A DNA stretch of 64,000 bases from Eledone cirrhosa (lineage: Eukaryota). The stretch is from contig OZ024741.1 of NCBI GenBank assembly GCA_964016885.1, positions 399,590,001 through 399,654,000 of the forward strand, read 5' to 3'. The notes under the pieces are model-generated. The model was not told the DNA's origin and searched no databases. It saw only the letters and a list, made by a program, of their open reading frames with translations. The translations under genes and the position numbers were made by a program. Of this stretch, positions 41,273 to 57,700 are shown one piece after another (position 1 is the stretch's first letter; each line of letters starts with the position of its first letter).

Positions 41273-44200
41273 ACAACTCCAGTAGGGGTGTATATAATAT
41301 AGGGACAGATAACAGCTCCAGTGACGGTATATATCATATAGGGACAGATAACAGCTCCAGTGACGGTATATTTAATATAGGGACGGATAAAAGCTCCAGT
41401 AGGGGTATATATAATATAGGGACAGATAATAGCTCCAGCAGGGGTATATATAATATAGGGACAGATTAGAGCTCCAGTCGGGGTATATATAATATAGGGA
41501 CAGATAACAGCTCCAATGACAGTATATATAATATAGGGACAGATAAAAGCTCCATTAGGGGTATATATAATATAGGGACAGATAACAGCTCCAGTGGGGG
41601 TATATATAATATAGGGACAGATAACAGCTCCAGTGACGCTCTATATAATATAGGGACAGATAACAGCCCCAGTGACGGTATGTATAATATAGAGACAGAT
41701 AACAGCTCCATTGACGGTATATATACTATAGAGACAGATAACAGCACCAGTGACGGTATATATATTATAGGAACAGATAATATCTCCAGTAGGGGTATAT
41801 ATAATAAAGGGATAGATAACAGCTCCATAGGGGTATATATAATATAGGGAGAGATAACAGCTCCCGTGACGTTATATATAATATAGGGACAGATAACAGC
41901 TATAGTAGGGGTATATATAATATAGGGACAGATAATAGCTTCTGTAGGGTTTATATATAATATATGAACAGATAACAGCTCCAGCGACGGTATATATAAT
42001 ATAGAGACAGATAACAGCTCCAGTGACGGTATATATAATGTAGGGACAGATAACAGCTCCAGTAGGGGTATATACAATATAGGGACAGATAACAGCTCCA
42101 GTGACGCTATCTATAATGTAGGGACAGATAACGGCTCCAATAGGGGTATATATAATATAGGGACAGATAACAGCTCCAGTGACGGTATATTTAATATAGG
42201 GACGGATAAAAGCTCCAGTAGGTGTATAAATAATATAGGGACCGATAACAGCTCCAGTAGGGCTATATATTATATAGAGACAGAAAAAAGCTCCAGTGAC
42301 GGTATATATAATATAGGGACAGATAACAACTCCAGTGACGGTATATATAATATAGGGACAGATAACAGCTCCAGTAACGATTTATATAATATAGAGACAG
42401 ATAACAGCTCCAGTAACGGTATATATACTATAGAGACATATAACAGCTCCATTGACGATGTATATTATAAAGGGACAGATAACAGCTCCAGTAGAGGTAT
42501 ATATAATAAAGAGACAGATAACAACTCCAGTAGGGGTATATATAATATAGGGACAGATAACAGCTCCAGTAGGGGTATATATAATATAGGGACAGATAAC
42601 AGCTCCAGTGACACTATATATAATATAGGGACTGATAAAATTTCCAGTAGGTTTATATATAATATAGTGACAGATAACAGCTCCAGCGGGGGGTATATAT
42701 AATATAGGGACAGATAAAAGCTCCAGTGACGGTATATATAATATAGGGACAGATAACAGCTCCAGTGACGGTATATTTAATATAGGGACGTATAAAAGCT
42801 CCAGTAGGGGTATATATAATATAGGGACAGATAACAGCTCCAGTAGGGGTATATATAATATAGGGACAGATAAAAGCTTCAGTAGGGGTATATATAATAT
42901 AGGGACAGATAATAGCTCCAGCAGGGGTATATATAATATAGGGACAGATTAGAGCTCCAGTAGGGGTATATATAATATAGGGACAGATAACTGCTCCAAT
43001 GACGGTATATATAATATAGGGACAGATAAAAGCTTCAGTAGGGGTATATATAATATAGGGACAGATAATAGCTCCAGCAGGGGTATATATAATATAGAGA
43101 CAGATAACAGCTCCAGTGACGGTCTATATAATATTGGGACAGATAACAGCTCCAGTGACGGTATGTATAATATAGAGACAGATTACAGCTCCAGTGACGG
43201 TATATATACTATAGAGACAGATAACAGCTCCAGTGACGGTATATATATTATAGGAACAGATAATATGTCCAGTTCCGGTATATATAATATAGGGCCAGAT
43301 AACTGCTCTAGTGACGGTATATATATTATAGGGACAGATAACAGCTCCACTGACTGTATATATAATGTAGAGACAGATAACAGCCCCATAGCGGTATATA
43401 TAATATAGGGACAGATAACAGCTCCAGTAGGGGTATATATAATAAAGGGATAGATAACAGCTCCATAGGAGTATATATAATATAGGGACAGATAACAGCT
43501 CCAGTGATGTTATATATAATATAGGGACAGATAACAGCTATAGTAGGGGTATATATAATATAGGGACAGATAATAGCTTCTGTAGGGTTTATATATAATA
43601 TATGAACAAATAACAGCTCCAGCGACGGTATATATAATATAGAGACAGATAACAGCTCCAGTGACGGTATATATAATATAGGGACAGATAACAGCTCCAG
43701 TGACGGTATATATAATATAAGGACAGATAACACCTCCAGTGACGGTATATATAATATAGGGACAGATAAAAGCTTCAGTAGGGGTATATATAATATAGGG
43801 ACATATAACAGCTCCAGTAGGGGTATATATAATATAGGGACAGATAATAGCTCCAGCAGGGGTATATATTATATAGGGATAGTTTACAGCTCCAGTAGGG
43901 GTATATATAATATAGGGACAGAAAACAGCTCCAATGACGGTATATATAATATAGGGACAGATAAAAGCTCCAGTAGGGGCATATATAATATAGGTACAGA
44001 TAACAGCTCCAGCGGGGGTATATATAATATAGGGACAGATAACAGCTCCAGTGACGGTATATATATAATATAGGGACAGATAACAGCTCCAGTGACGGTA
44101 TATATAATATAGGGACAGATAGCAGCTCCAGTGACGGTATATATAATATATGGACAGATAACAGCTCCAGTAGGGGTATATATAATACAGGGACAGATAA

Positions 44201-47200
44201 CAGCTCCAGTAGTGGTATATATAATATAGGGACAGATAACAGCTCCAGTAGGGGTATATTTAATATAGGGTGAGATAACAGCTCAAGTGACGGTATATAT
44301 AATATATCGACAGATAACAGCTCCAGTAGGGGTATGTATAATATTCGGACAGATAACTGCTCCAGTGACGATTTATATAATATAGGGGCAGATAACAGCT
44401 CCAGTGACGGTATATATAATATAGAGACAGATAACAGCTCTAGTAGGGTATATATAATATAAGTACAGTTAACAGCTCTAGTAGGGGTATATATTATGTA
44501 GGGACAGCTAAAAGTTCCAGTGACGGTATATAAAATATAGGGACAGATAACAGCTCCAGTGAGTGTATATATAATATAGAGACAGATAACAGCTCCAGTG
44601 ACGGTATAAATAATATAGGGACAGATAATACCTCCATGACGGTATATATACTATAGAGACATATAACAGCTCCAGTAGGGGTATATATATTATAGGGACA
44701 TATAACACTCCAGTAGGGGTATATAAAATATAGGGACAGATAACAGTTCCAGTGACGGTATATATAATATAGGGACAGATAACAGCTCGAGTGACGGTAT
44801 ATATAATATAGAGATAGATAACAGCTCCATATGGCTTTATATCATATAGGGACAGATAACAGCTCCAGTATGGGTATATATAATATAGGGACAGATAACA
44901 GCTCCAGTGACGGTGTATATTATATAGGGACAGATAACAGCTCCAGTGACGGTATGTATAATATAGAGACAGATAACATCTCCAGTGACGGTATATATAC
45001 TATAGAGACACGTAACAGCTCCATTATGGGTATATATAATATAGGGACCGATAACAGCTCCAGTAGGGATATATATAATATAGGGACAGATAATAACTCC
45101 AGTGACGGAATATATAATATAGGGACATATAACAGCTCCAGTGGCGGTATATATAATGTAGGGACAGATAACAGCTCCAGTGACGGTATATATATTATAG
45201 GAACAGATAATACCTCCAGTGCCGGTATATATAATATAGGGCCAGATAACTGCTCCAGTGACGGTATATATAATATAGGGACAGATAACAGCTCCACTGA
45301 TAGTATATATAATATAGGGACAGATAACAGCCCCATAGGGGTATATATAATATAGAGACAGATAACAGCTCCAGTAGGGGTATATATAATATAGGGATAG
45401 ATAACAGCTCCATAGGGGTATATATATTATAGGGACAGATAACAGCTCCAGTGACGTTATGTATAATATAGGGACAGATAACAGCTATAGTAGGGGTATA
45501 TATAATATAGGGACAGATAATAGCTTCTGTAGGGTTTATATATAATATATGGACAGATAACAGCTCCAGTGACGGTATATATAATATAGAGTCAGATAAC
45601 AGCTCCAGTGACGGTATATATAATATAGGGACAGATAACAGCTCCAGTAGGGGTATATATAATATAGGGACAGATAACAGCTCCAGTGACGGTATATATA
45701 ATATAGGGACAGATAACACCTCCAGTGACAGTATATATAATATAGTGACACATAACAGTTCCAGTAGGGGTATATATAATATACGGACGGATAACAGCTC
45801 AATTGACGGTATATATAATGTAGGGACATATAAAAGCTTCAGTAGGGGTATATATAATATAGGGACATATAACAGCTCCAGTAGGGGTATATATAATATA
45901 GGGACAGATAATAGCTCCAGCAGGGGTATATATAATATAGGTATAGTTTACAGCTCCAGTAGGGGTATATATAATATAGGGACAGAAAACAGCTCCAATG
46001 ACGGTATATATAATATAGGGACAGATAAAAGCTCCAGTAGGGGTATATATAATAAAGGTACAGGTAACAGCTCCAGCGGGGGTATATATAATATAGGGAC
46101 AGATAACAGCTCCAGTGACGGTATATATATAATATAGGGACAGATAACAGCTCCAGTGACGGTATATATAATATAGGGACAGATAACAACTCCAGTGACG
46201 CTATACATAATATAGTGACAGATAACAACTCCAGTGATGGTATATAAAATATAGGGACAGATAGCAGCTCCAGTGACGGTATATATAATATATGGACAGA
46301 TAACAGCTCCAGTAGGGGTATATATAATACAGGGACAGATAACAGCTCCAGTAGTGGTATATATAATATAGGGACAGATAACAGCTCCAGTAGGGGTATA
46401 TTTAATATAGGGTGAGATAACAGCTCAAGTGACGGTATATATATTATATCGACAGATAACAGCTCCAGTAGGGGTATATATAATATTGGGACAGATAACT
46501 GCTCCAGTGACGATTTATATAATATAGAGGCAGATAACAGCTCCAGTGACGGTATATATAATATAGAGACAGATAACAGCTCCAGTAGGGTATATATAAA
46601 ATAAGGACAGATAACAGCTCCAGTAGGGGTATATATTATATAGGGACTGATAAAAGTTCCAGTGACGGTATATATAATATAGGGACAGATAACAGCTCCA
46701 GTGAGTGTATATATAATATAGAGACAGATAACAGCTCCAGTGACGGTATATATACTATAGAGACATATAACAGCTCCAGTAGGGGTATATATATTATAGG
46801 GACATATAACAGTTCCAGTAGGGGTATGTAAAATATAGGGACAGATAACACCTCCACTGACGGTATATATAATATAGGGAAAGATAGCAGCCCAAGTAGG
46901 GGTATATGAAATATAGGGACAGATAACAGTTCCAGTGACGGTATATATAATATAGGGACAGATAACAGCTCGAGTGACGGTATATATAATATGGGGATAG
47001 ATAACAGCCCCATATGGCTTTATATCATATAGAGACGGATAACAGCTCCAGTATGGGTATATATAATATAGGGACAGATAACAGCTCCAGTTACGGTCTA
47101 TATAATATAGGGACAGATAACATCTCCAGTGACCGTATATATACTATAGAGACACATAACAGCTCCAGTAGAGGTATATATATTATAGGGACAGATAACA

Positions 47201-50200
47201 GCTCCAGTGACGGTCTATATAATATATGGACAGATAACAGCTCCAGTGACGGTATATATAATATAGGGACAGATAACAGCTCTAGTGACGGTATATATAA
47301 TATAGGGACAGATAACAGCTACAGTGACGGTATATATAATATAGGGCCAGATAACTGCTCCAGTGACGGTATATATAATATAGGGACAGATAACAGCTCC
47401 AGTGACGGTATATATATTATAGGAACAGATAATACCTCCAGTGCCGGTATATATAATATAGGGCCAGATAACTGCTCCAGTGACGGTATATATAATATAG
47501 GGACAGATAACAGCTCCACTGACAGTATATATAATATAGGGACAGATAACAGCCCCATAGGTGTATATATAATATAGGGACAGATAACAGCTCCAGTAGG
47601 GGTATATATAATATAGGGATAGATAACAGCTCCATAGCGGTATATATATTATAGGGACAGCTAACAGCTCCAGTGACGTTATATATAATATAGGGACAGA
47701 TAACAGCTATAGTAGGGGTATATATAATATAGGGACAGATAATAGCTCCAGTGACGGTATATATAATATAGGGACAGATAACAGCTCCAGAAGGGGTATA
47801 CATAATATAGGGACAGATAACAGCTCCAGTGACGGTATCTATAATGTAGGGACAGATAACAGCTCCAATAGGGGTATATATAAGATAGGGACAGATAACA
47901 GTTCCAGTAGGGGTATACATAATATTGGGACAGATAACAGCTCCAGTGATGGTATATATAATATAGGGTCAGATAACGACTCCAGTAACGGTATATTTGA
48001 GATAGGCACAGATAACAGCTCCAGTGACGGTATATTTAATATAGGGACGGATAAAAGCTCCAGTAGGTGTATATATAATATAGGGACAGATAACAGTTCC
48101 AGTAGGGGTATACATAATATTGGGACAGATAACAGCTCCAGTGACGGCATGTATAATATAGTGACAGATAACAGATCCAGTGACGGTATATATAATATAG
48201 GGACAGATAGCAGCTCCAGTAGGGGTATATATAATATTGGGACAGATAACTGCTCCATGACGGTATGTATAATATAGGGACAGATAACAGCTCCAGTAGG
48301 GGTATATATAATATAGGGACAGATAAGAGCTCCAGTAGGGGTATATATAATACAGGGACAGATAACAGCTCCAGCAGGGGTATATATAATATAGGGACAG
48401 TTAACAGCTCAATTGACGGTATATATAATATAGCGACAGATAACAGCTCCAGTAGGGGTATATATTATATAGGGACAGAAAAAATCTCCAGTGACGGCAT
48501 ATATAATATAGAGACAGATAACAGCTCCAGTGACGCTATATATAATATAGGGACAGATAACAGCTCCAGTAACGATTTATATAATATAGAGACAGATAAC
48601 AGCTCCAGTGACGGTATATATACTATAGAGACATATAACATCTCCATTGACGGTGTATATTATAAAGGGACAGATAACAGCTCCAGCGGGGGTATATATA
48701 ATATAGGGACAGATAACAGCTCCAGTGACGGTATATATAATATAGGGACAGATAACAGCCCCATTGACGGTATATATAATATAGGGACAGATGACACCTC
48801 CAGTGACGGTATATATAATATAGTAACAGATAACAGCTCCAGTAGCGGTATATATAATATACGGAGGATAACAGCTCCATTGACGGTAAATATAATATAG
48901 GGACAGATAAAAGCTTCAGTAGGGTTATATATAATATATGTACAGATAACAGCTCCAGTAGTGGTTTATATAATATAAGGACAGGTAACAGTTCCAGTGA
49001 GTGTATATATAATATAGAGACAGATAACAGCTCCAGTAGGGGTATATATAATATTGGGACAGATAACTGCTCCATGACGGTATATATAATATAGGGACAG
49101 ATAACAGCTCCAGTGACAGTATATATAATATAGGGACAGATAAAAGCTCCAGTGAAGGTATATATAATATAGACACCGATAACAGCTCCAGTAGGGGTAT
49201 ATATTATATAGGGACAGAAAAAATCTCCAGTGACGGCATATATAATATAGAGACAGATAACAGCTCCAGTGACGGTATACATAATATAGGGACAGATAAC
49301 AACTCCAGTGACGGTATATATAATATAGGGAGAGATAACAGCTCCAGTAACGATTTATATAAAATAGAGACAGATAACAGCTCCAGTGACGGTATATATA
49401 CTATAGAGACATATAACAGCTCCATTGACGGTGTATATTATAAAGGGACAGATAACAGCTACAGTAGGGGTATATATAATAGAGAGACAGATAACAACTC
49501 CAGTAGGGGTATGTATAATATAGGTACAGATAACAGCTCCAGTAGGGGTATATATAATATAGGGACGGATAACAGCTCCATTGACGGTATATATAATATA
49601 GGGACAGATAAAAGCTTCATTAGGGATATATATAATATAGGGACATATAACAGCTCCAGTAGGGGTATATATAATATAGGGACAGATAATAGCTCCAGCA
49701 GGGGTATATATAATAGAGGGACAGATTACAGCACCAGTAGGGGTATATATAATATAGGGACAGATAACAGCTCCAATGACGGTATATATAATATAGGGAC
49801 AGATAAAAGCTCCATTAGGTGTATATATAAAATAGGGACAGATAACAGCTCCAGCGGGGTTTTATATAATATAGGGACAGATAACAGCTCCAGTGACGGT
49901 ATATATAATAAGGGACAGATAATAGCTCCACTGACGGTATACATAATATAGGGACAGATAACAGCTCCAGTGGCGGTATATATAATATAGTGACCGATAA
50001 CAGCTCCAGTGACGGTATATATAATATAGGGACAGATAACAGCTCCATTGACGGTATATATAATATAGGGACAGATGACACCTCCAGTGACGGTATATAT
50101 AATATAGTGACAGATAACAGCTCCAGTAGGGGTATATATAATATACGGAGGATAACAGCTCCATTGACGGTATATATAATATAGGGACAGATAAAAGCTT

Positions 50201-52204
50201 CAGTAGGGTTATATATAATATAGGTACAGATAACAGCTCCAGCGGGGGTATATATAATATAGGGACAGATAGCAGCTCCAATGACGGTGTATATAATATA
50301 GGGACAGATAACAGCTCCAGTAGGGGTATATATAATACAGGGACAGATAACAGCTCCAGTAGTGGTTTATATAATATAAGGACAGGTAACAGTTCCAGTG
50401 AGTGTATATATAATATAGAGACAGATAACAGCACCAGTAGGGGTATATATAATATTGGGACAGATAACTGCTCCAGTGACGGTATATATAATATAGGGGC
50501 AGATAACAGCTCCAGTGACGGTATATATAATATAGAGACAGATAAGGCTCCAGTAGGGTATATATAAAATAAGGACAGATAACAACTCCAGTAGGGGTAT
50601 ATATTATATAGGGATAGATAAAATCTCCAGTGACGGTATATATAATATAGGGACAGATAACAGCTCCAGTGAGTGTATATATAATATAGAGACAGATAAC
50701 AGCTCCAGTGACGGTATATATACTATAGAGACATATAAAAGCTCCATTAGGGGTGTATATAATATAGGGACATATAACAGCTCCAGTAGGGGTATATAAA
50801 ATATAGGGACAGATAACAGCTCCAGTGACGGTATATATAATATAGGGAAAGATAGCAGCTCCAGTAGGGGTATATATAATATAGGGACAGATAACAGTTC
50901 CAGTGACGGTATATATAATATAGGGACAGATAACAGCTCCTGTAACGGTATATATAATATAGAGACAGATAAGGCTCCAGTAGGGTATATATAAAATAAG
51001 GACAGATAACAGCTCCAGTAGGGGTATATATTATATAGGGATAGATAAAAGCTCCAGTGACGGTATATATAATATAGGGACAGATAACAGCTCCAGTGAG
51101 TGTATATATAATATAGAGACAGATAACAGCTCCAGTGACGGTATATATACTATAGAGACATATAAAAGCTCCATTAGGGGTGTATATAATATAGGGACAT
51201 ATAACAGCTCCAGGAGGGGTATATAAAATATAGGGACAGATAACAGCTCCAGTGACGGTATATATAATATAGGGAAAGATAGCAACTCCAGTAGGGGTAT
51301 ATATAATATAGGGACAGATAACAGTTCCAGTGACGGTATATATCATATAGGGATAGATAACAGCCCCATGTGGCTTTATATCATATAGGGACGGATAACA
51401 GCTCCAGTATGGGTATATATAATATAGGGACAGATAACAGCTCCGGTGACGGTATATATAATATGGAGACAGATAGCAGCTCCAGTGACGGTATATATAC
51501 TATCGAGACACATAACAGCTCCAGTAGTGGTATATATAATATAGGGACAGATAACAGCTCCAATAGGGATATATATAATATAGGGACAGATATCAACTCC
51601 AGTGACGGAATATATAATATAGGGACATATAACAGCTCCAGTGACGGTATATATAATATAGGGACAGATAACAGCTCCAATGAAGGTATATATATTATAG
51701 GGACAGATAATACCTCCAGTGCCGGTATATATAATATAGGGCCAGATAACTGCTCCAGTGACGGTATATATAATATAGGGACAGATAACAGCTCCACTGA
51801 CGGTATATATAATATAGTTACAGATAACAGCCCCATAGGGGTATATATAATATAGGGACAGATAACAGCTCCAGTGGCGTTATATATAATATAGGGACAG
51901 ATAACAGCTCTATTAGGGGTATATATAATATAGGGACAGATAATAGCTCCTGTAGGGGTATATATAATATATGGACAGATAACAGCTCCAGCGACGGTAT
52001 ATATAATATAGAGACAGATAACAGCTCCAGTAGGGGTATATATAAGATAGGGACAGATAATACCTCCAGTGCCGGTATATATAATATAGGGCCAGATAAC
52101 AGCTCCAGTGACGGTATATATAATATAGGGACAGATAACAGCTCCACTGACGGTATATATAATATAGGGACAGATAATAGCTCCAGTAGGCGTATATATA
52201 ATAT

Positions 52205-54795
52205 AGGGACAGATAACAGCTCCAGTGACGGTATATTTAATATAGGGACGGATAAAAGCTCCAGTAGGGGTATATATAATATAGGGACAGATAACAGCTC
52301 CAGTAACGATTTATATAATATAGAGACAGATAACAGCTCCAGTGACGGTATATATAATATAGGGACAGGTAACAGCTCCACTGACGGTGTATATTATAAA
52401 GGGACAGATAACAATTTCAGTAGGGGTATATATAATAGAGAGACAGATAACAACTCCAGTATGGGTATATATAATATAGGGACAGATAACAGCTCCAGTG
52501 ACGGTATATTTAATATAGGGATGGATAAAAGCTCCAGTAGGGGTATATATAATATAGGGACAGATAACAGCTCCAGTAGGGGTATATATAATATAGGGAC
52601 AGATAACAGCTCCAGTGAAGGTATATATAATGTAGGGACAGATAACAGCTCCAGTGACGGTATATATAATATATGGACAGATAACACCTCCAGTGACGGT
52701 ATATATAATATAGTGACAGATAACAGCTCTAGTGACGGTATATATAATATAGGGGCAGATAGCAGCTCCAGTGACTGTACATATAATATAGGGAGAGATA
52801 ACAGCTCCAGTAGGGGTATATATAATACAGGGACAGATAACAGCTCCAGTAGTGGTATATATAATATAGGGACAGATAACAGCTCCAGCATGGGTATATA
52901 TGATATAGGGACAGATAACAGCTCAAGTGACGGTATATATAATATAGCAACAGATAACAGCTCCAGTGACGGTATATATAATATAGGGACAGATAACATC
53001 TCCAGTGACGGTATATATAATATAGAGACAGATAGCAGCTCCAGTAGGGTATATATAAAATAGGGACAGATAACAGTTCCAGTAGGTGTATACATTATAT
53101 AGGGACAGATAAAAGCTCCAGTGACGGCATATATAATATGGAGACAGATAACAGCTCCAGTGACGGTATATATAATATAGGGACAGATAACAGCTCCAAT
53201 GACGGTATATATAATATAGGGACAGATAACAGCTCCAATGACGGTATATATAATATAGGGACAGATAACAGCTCCAGTGACAGTATATATAATATAGGGA
53301 CCGATAACAGCTCCAGTGACGGTATATATAATATAGGGACATATAACAACTCCAGTGACGGTGTATATTATAAAGGGACATATAACAGCTCCAGTATGGG
53401 TACATATAATAGAGAGAAAGATAACAGCTCCAGTAGGGGTATATATAATATAGGTAGAGGTAACAGCTCCAGTGAGGGTATATATAATATAGGGACAGAT
53501 AACAGCTCCAGTGACTGTATATATAATATAGGGACAGATAACACCTCCAGTGACGGTATATATAACATAGTGACAGATAACAACTCTAGTGACGGTATAT
53601 ATAATATAGGGACAGATAACAGCTCCAGTAGGGGTATATATAATATAGGGACAGATAACAGCTCCAGTAGTGGTATATATAATATAGGGACAGGTAACAG
53701 CTCCAGCAGGGGTATATATAATATAGGGACAGATAACAGCTCAATTGACAGTATATATAATATAGCAACAGATAACAGCTCCAGTGACGGTATATATAAT
53801 ATAGGGAGAGATAACAGCTCCAATGACGGTATATATAATATAGGGACAGATAACAGCTCCAGGAGGGGTATATATAATATAGGGACCGATAACAGCTCCA
53901 CTGACGGTATATATAATATAGAGACAGAAACCAGCTCCAGTAGGGTATACATAAAATAGGGACAGATAACAGTTCCAGTAGGAGTATATATTATATAGGG
54001 ACAGATAACTGCTCCATGACGGTATATATAATATAGGGACAGATAACAGCTCCAGTGACGGTATATATAATATAGGGACAGATAAAAGCTCCAGTGAAGG
54101 TTTATATAATATAGACACCGATAACAGCTCCAGTAGGGGTATATATTATATAGGGACAGAATAAATCTCCAGTGACGGCATATATAATATAGAGACAGAT
54201 AACAGCTCCAGTGACGGTATACATAATATAGGGACAGATAACAACTCCAGTGACGGTATATATAATATAGGGAGAGATAACAGCTCCAGCAACGATTTAT
54301 ATAATATAGAGACAGATAACAGCTCCAGTGACGGTATATATACTATAGAGACATATAACAGCTCCATTGACGGTGTATATTATAAAGGGACAGATAACAG
54401 CTCCAGTAGGGGTATATATAATAGAGAGACAGATAACAGCTCCATTAGGGGTATATATAATATAGGGACAGATAACAGCTCCAGTGACGGTATATATAAT
54501 ATAGGGACAGATAACAGCTCCAATGACGGTATATTTAATATAGAGACGGATAAAAACTCCAGTAGGGGTATGTATAATATAGGGACAGATAACAGCTCCA
54601 GTAGGGGTATATATAATATAGGGACGGATAACAGCTCCAGTGACGGTATATATAATAAGGGACAGATAATAGCTCCACTGACGGTATATATAATATAGGG
54701 AAAGATAACAGCTCCAGTGGCGGTATATATAATATAGTGACCGATAACAGCTCCAGTGACCGTATATATAATATAGGGACAGATAACAGCTCCAT
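52205..54795 (+). repeat. 2.6-kb block, copy 1 (near-identical to 61046-63638)
   Basis: Constant offset 8841 across ORFs 52394/61235, 52461/61302, 53138/61979, 53368/62209 and 54146/62987. Confidence 0.92.
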
Positions 54796-57700
54796 TGACG
54801 GTATATATAATATAGGGACAGATGACACCTCCAGTGACGGTATATATAATATACTGACAGATAACAGCTCCAGTAGGGGTATATATAATATACGGAGGAT
54901 AACAGCTCCATTGACGGTATATATGATATAGGGACAGATAAAAGCTTCAGTAGGGTTATATATAATATAGGTACAGATAACAGCTCCAGCGGGGGTATAT
55001 ATAATATAGGGACAGATAGCAGCTCCAATGACGGTATATATAATATAGGGACAGATAACAGCTCCAGTAGGGGTATATATAATACAGGGACAGATAACAG
55101 CTCCAGTAGTGGTTTATATAACATAAGGACAGGTAACAGTTCCAGTGACTGTATATATAATATAGAGACAGATAACAGCTCCAGTAGGGGTATATATAAT
55201 ATTGGGACAGATAACTGCTCCAGTGACGGTATATATAATATAGGGGCAGATAACAGCTCCAGTGACGGTATATATAATATAGAGACAGATAAGGCTCCAG
55301 TAGGGTATATATAAAATAAGGACAGATAACAGCTCCAGTAGGGGTATATATTATATAGGGATAGATAAAAGCTCCAGTGACGGTATATATAATATAGGGA
55401 CAGATAACAGCTCCAGTGAGTGTATATATAATATAGAGACAGATAACAGCTCCAGTGACGGTATATATACTATAGAGACATATAAAAGCTCCATTAGGCG
55501 TATATATAATATAGGGAGATATAACAGCTCCAGTAGGGGTATATAAAATATAGGGACAGATAACAGCTCCAGTGACGGTATATATAATATAGGGAAAGAT
55601 AGCAGCTCCAGTAGGGGTATATATAATATAGGGACTGATAACAGTTCCAGTGACGGTATATATGATATAGGGACAGATAACAGCTCGTGTAACGGTATAT
55701 ATAATATAGGGATAGATAACAGCCCCATATGGCTTTATATCATATAGGGACGGATAACAGCTCCAGTATGGGTATATATAATATAGGGACAGATAACAGC
55801 TCCGGTGACGGTATATATAATATAGAGACAGATAGCAGCTCCAGTGACGGTATATATACTATCGAGACACATAACAGCTCCAGTAGTGGTATATATAATA
55901 TAGGGACAGATAACAGCTCCAATAGGGATATATATAATATAGGGACAGATATCAACTCCAGTGACGGAATATATAATATAGGGACATATAACAGCTCCAG
56001 TGACGGTATATATAATATAGGGACAGATAACAGCTCCAATGAAGGTATATATATTATAGGGACAGATAATACCTCCAGTGCCGGTATATATAATATAGGG
56101 CCAGATAACTGCTCCAGTGACGGTATATATAATATAGGGACAGATAACAGCTCCACTGACGGTATATATAATATAGGGACAGATAACAGCCCCATAGGGG
56201 TATATATAATAGAGGTCAGATTAGAGCTCCAGTAGGAGTATATATAATATAGGGATAGATAACAGCTCCATAGGGGTGTATATAATATAGGGACAGATAA
56301 CAGCTCGAGTGGCGTTACATATAATATAGGGACAGATAACAGCTCTATTAGGGGTATATATAATATAGGGACAGATAATAGCTCCTGTAGGGGTATATAT
56401 AATATATGGACAGATAACAGCTCCAGCGACGGTATATATAATATACAGACAGATAACAGCTCCAGTAGGGGTATATATAAGATAGGGACAGATAATACCT
56501 CCAGTGCCGGTATATATAATATAGGGCCAGATAACTGCTCCAGTGACGGTATATATAATATAGGGACAGATAACAGCTCCACTGACGGTATATATAATAT
56601 AGGGACAGATAATAGCTCCAGTAGGCGTATATATAATATAGGGACAGATAACAGCTCCAGTGACGGTATATTTAATATAGGGACGGATAAAAGCTCCAGT
56701 AGGGGTATATATAATATAGGGACAGATAACAGCTCCAGTAACGATTTATATAATATAGAGACAGATAACAGCTCCAGTGACGGTATATATAATATAGGGA
56801 CAGGTAACAGCTCCACTGACGGTGTATATTATAAAGGGACAGATAACAATTTCAGTAGGGGTATATATAATAGAGAGACAGATAACAACTCCAGTATGGG
56901 TATATATAATATAGGGACAGATAACAGCTCCAGTGACGGTATATTTAATATAGGAATGGATAAAAGCTCCAGTAGGGGTATATATAATATAGGGACAGAT
57001 AACAGCTCCAGTAGGGGTATATATAATATAGGGACAGATAACAGCTCCAGTGAAGGTATATATAATATAGGGACAGATAACAGCTCCAGTAGGGGTATAT
57101 ATAATACAGGGACAGATAACAGCTCCAGTAGTGGTATATATAATATAGGGACAGGTAACAGCTCAAGCAGGGGTATATATAATATAGGGACAGATAACAG
57201 CTCAAGTGACAGTATATATAATATAGCAACAGATACCAGCTCCAGTGACGGTATATATAATATAGGGACAGATAACAGCTCCAATGACAGTATATATAAT
57301 ATAGGGACAGATAACAGCTCCAGGAGGGGTATATATAATATAGGGACCGATAACAGCTCCACTGACGGTATATATAATATAGAGACAGATAACAGCTCCA
57401 GTAGGGTATACATAAAATAGGGACAGATAACAGTTCCAGTAGGAGTATGTATTATATAGGGACAGATAAAAGCTCCAGTGACGGCATATATAATATAGAG
57501 ACCGATAACAGCTCCAGTGACGGTATATATAATATAGGGACCGATAACAGCTCCAGTGACGTTATATATAATATAGGGACATGTAACAACTCCAGTGACG
57601 GTGTATATTATAAAGGGACAGATAACAGCTCCAGTATGGGTATATATAATAGAGAGACAGATAACAACTCCAGTAGGGGTATATATAATATAGGGACAGA

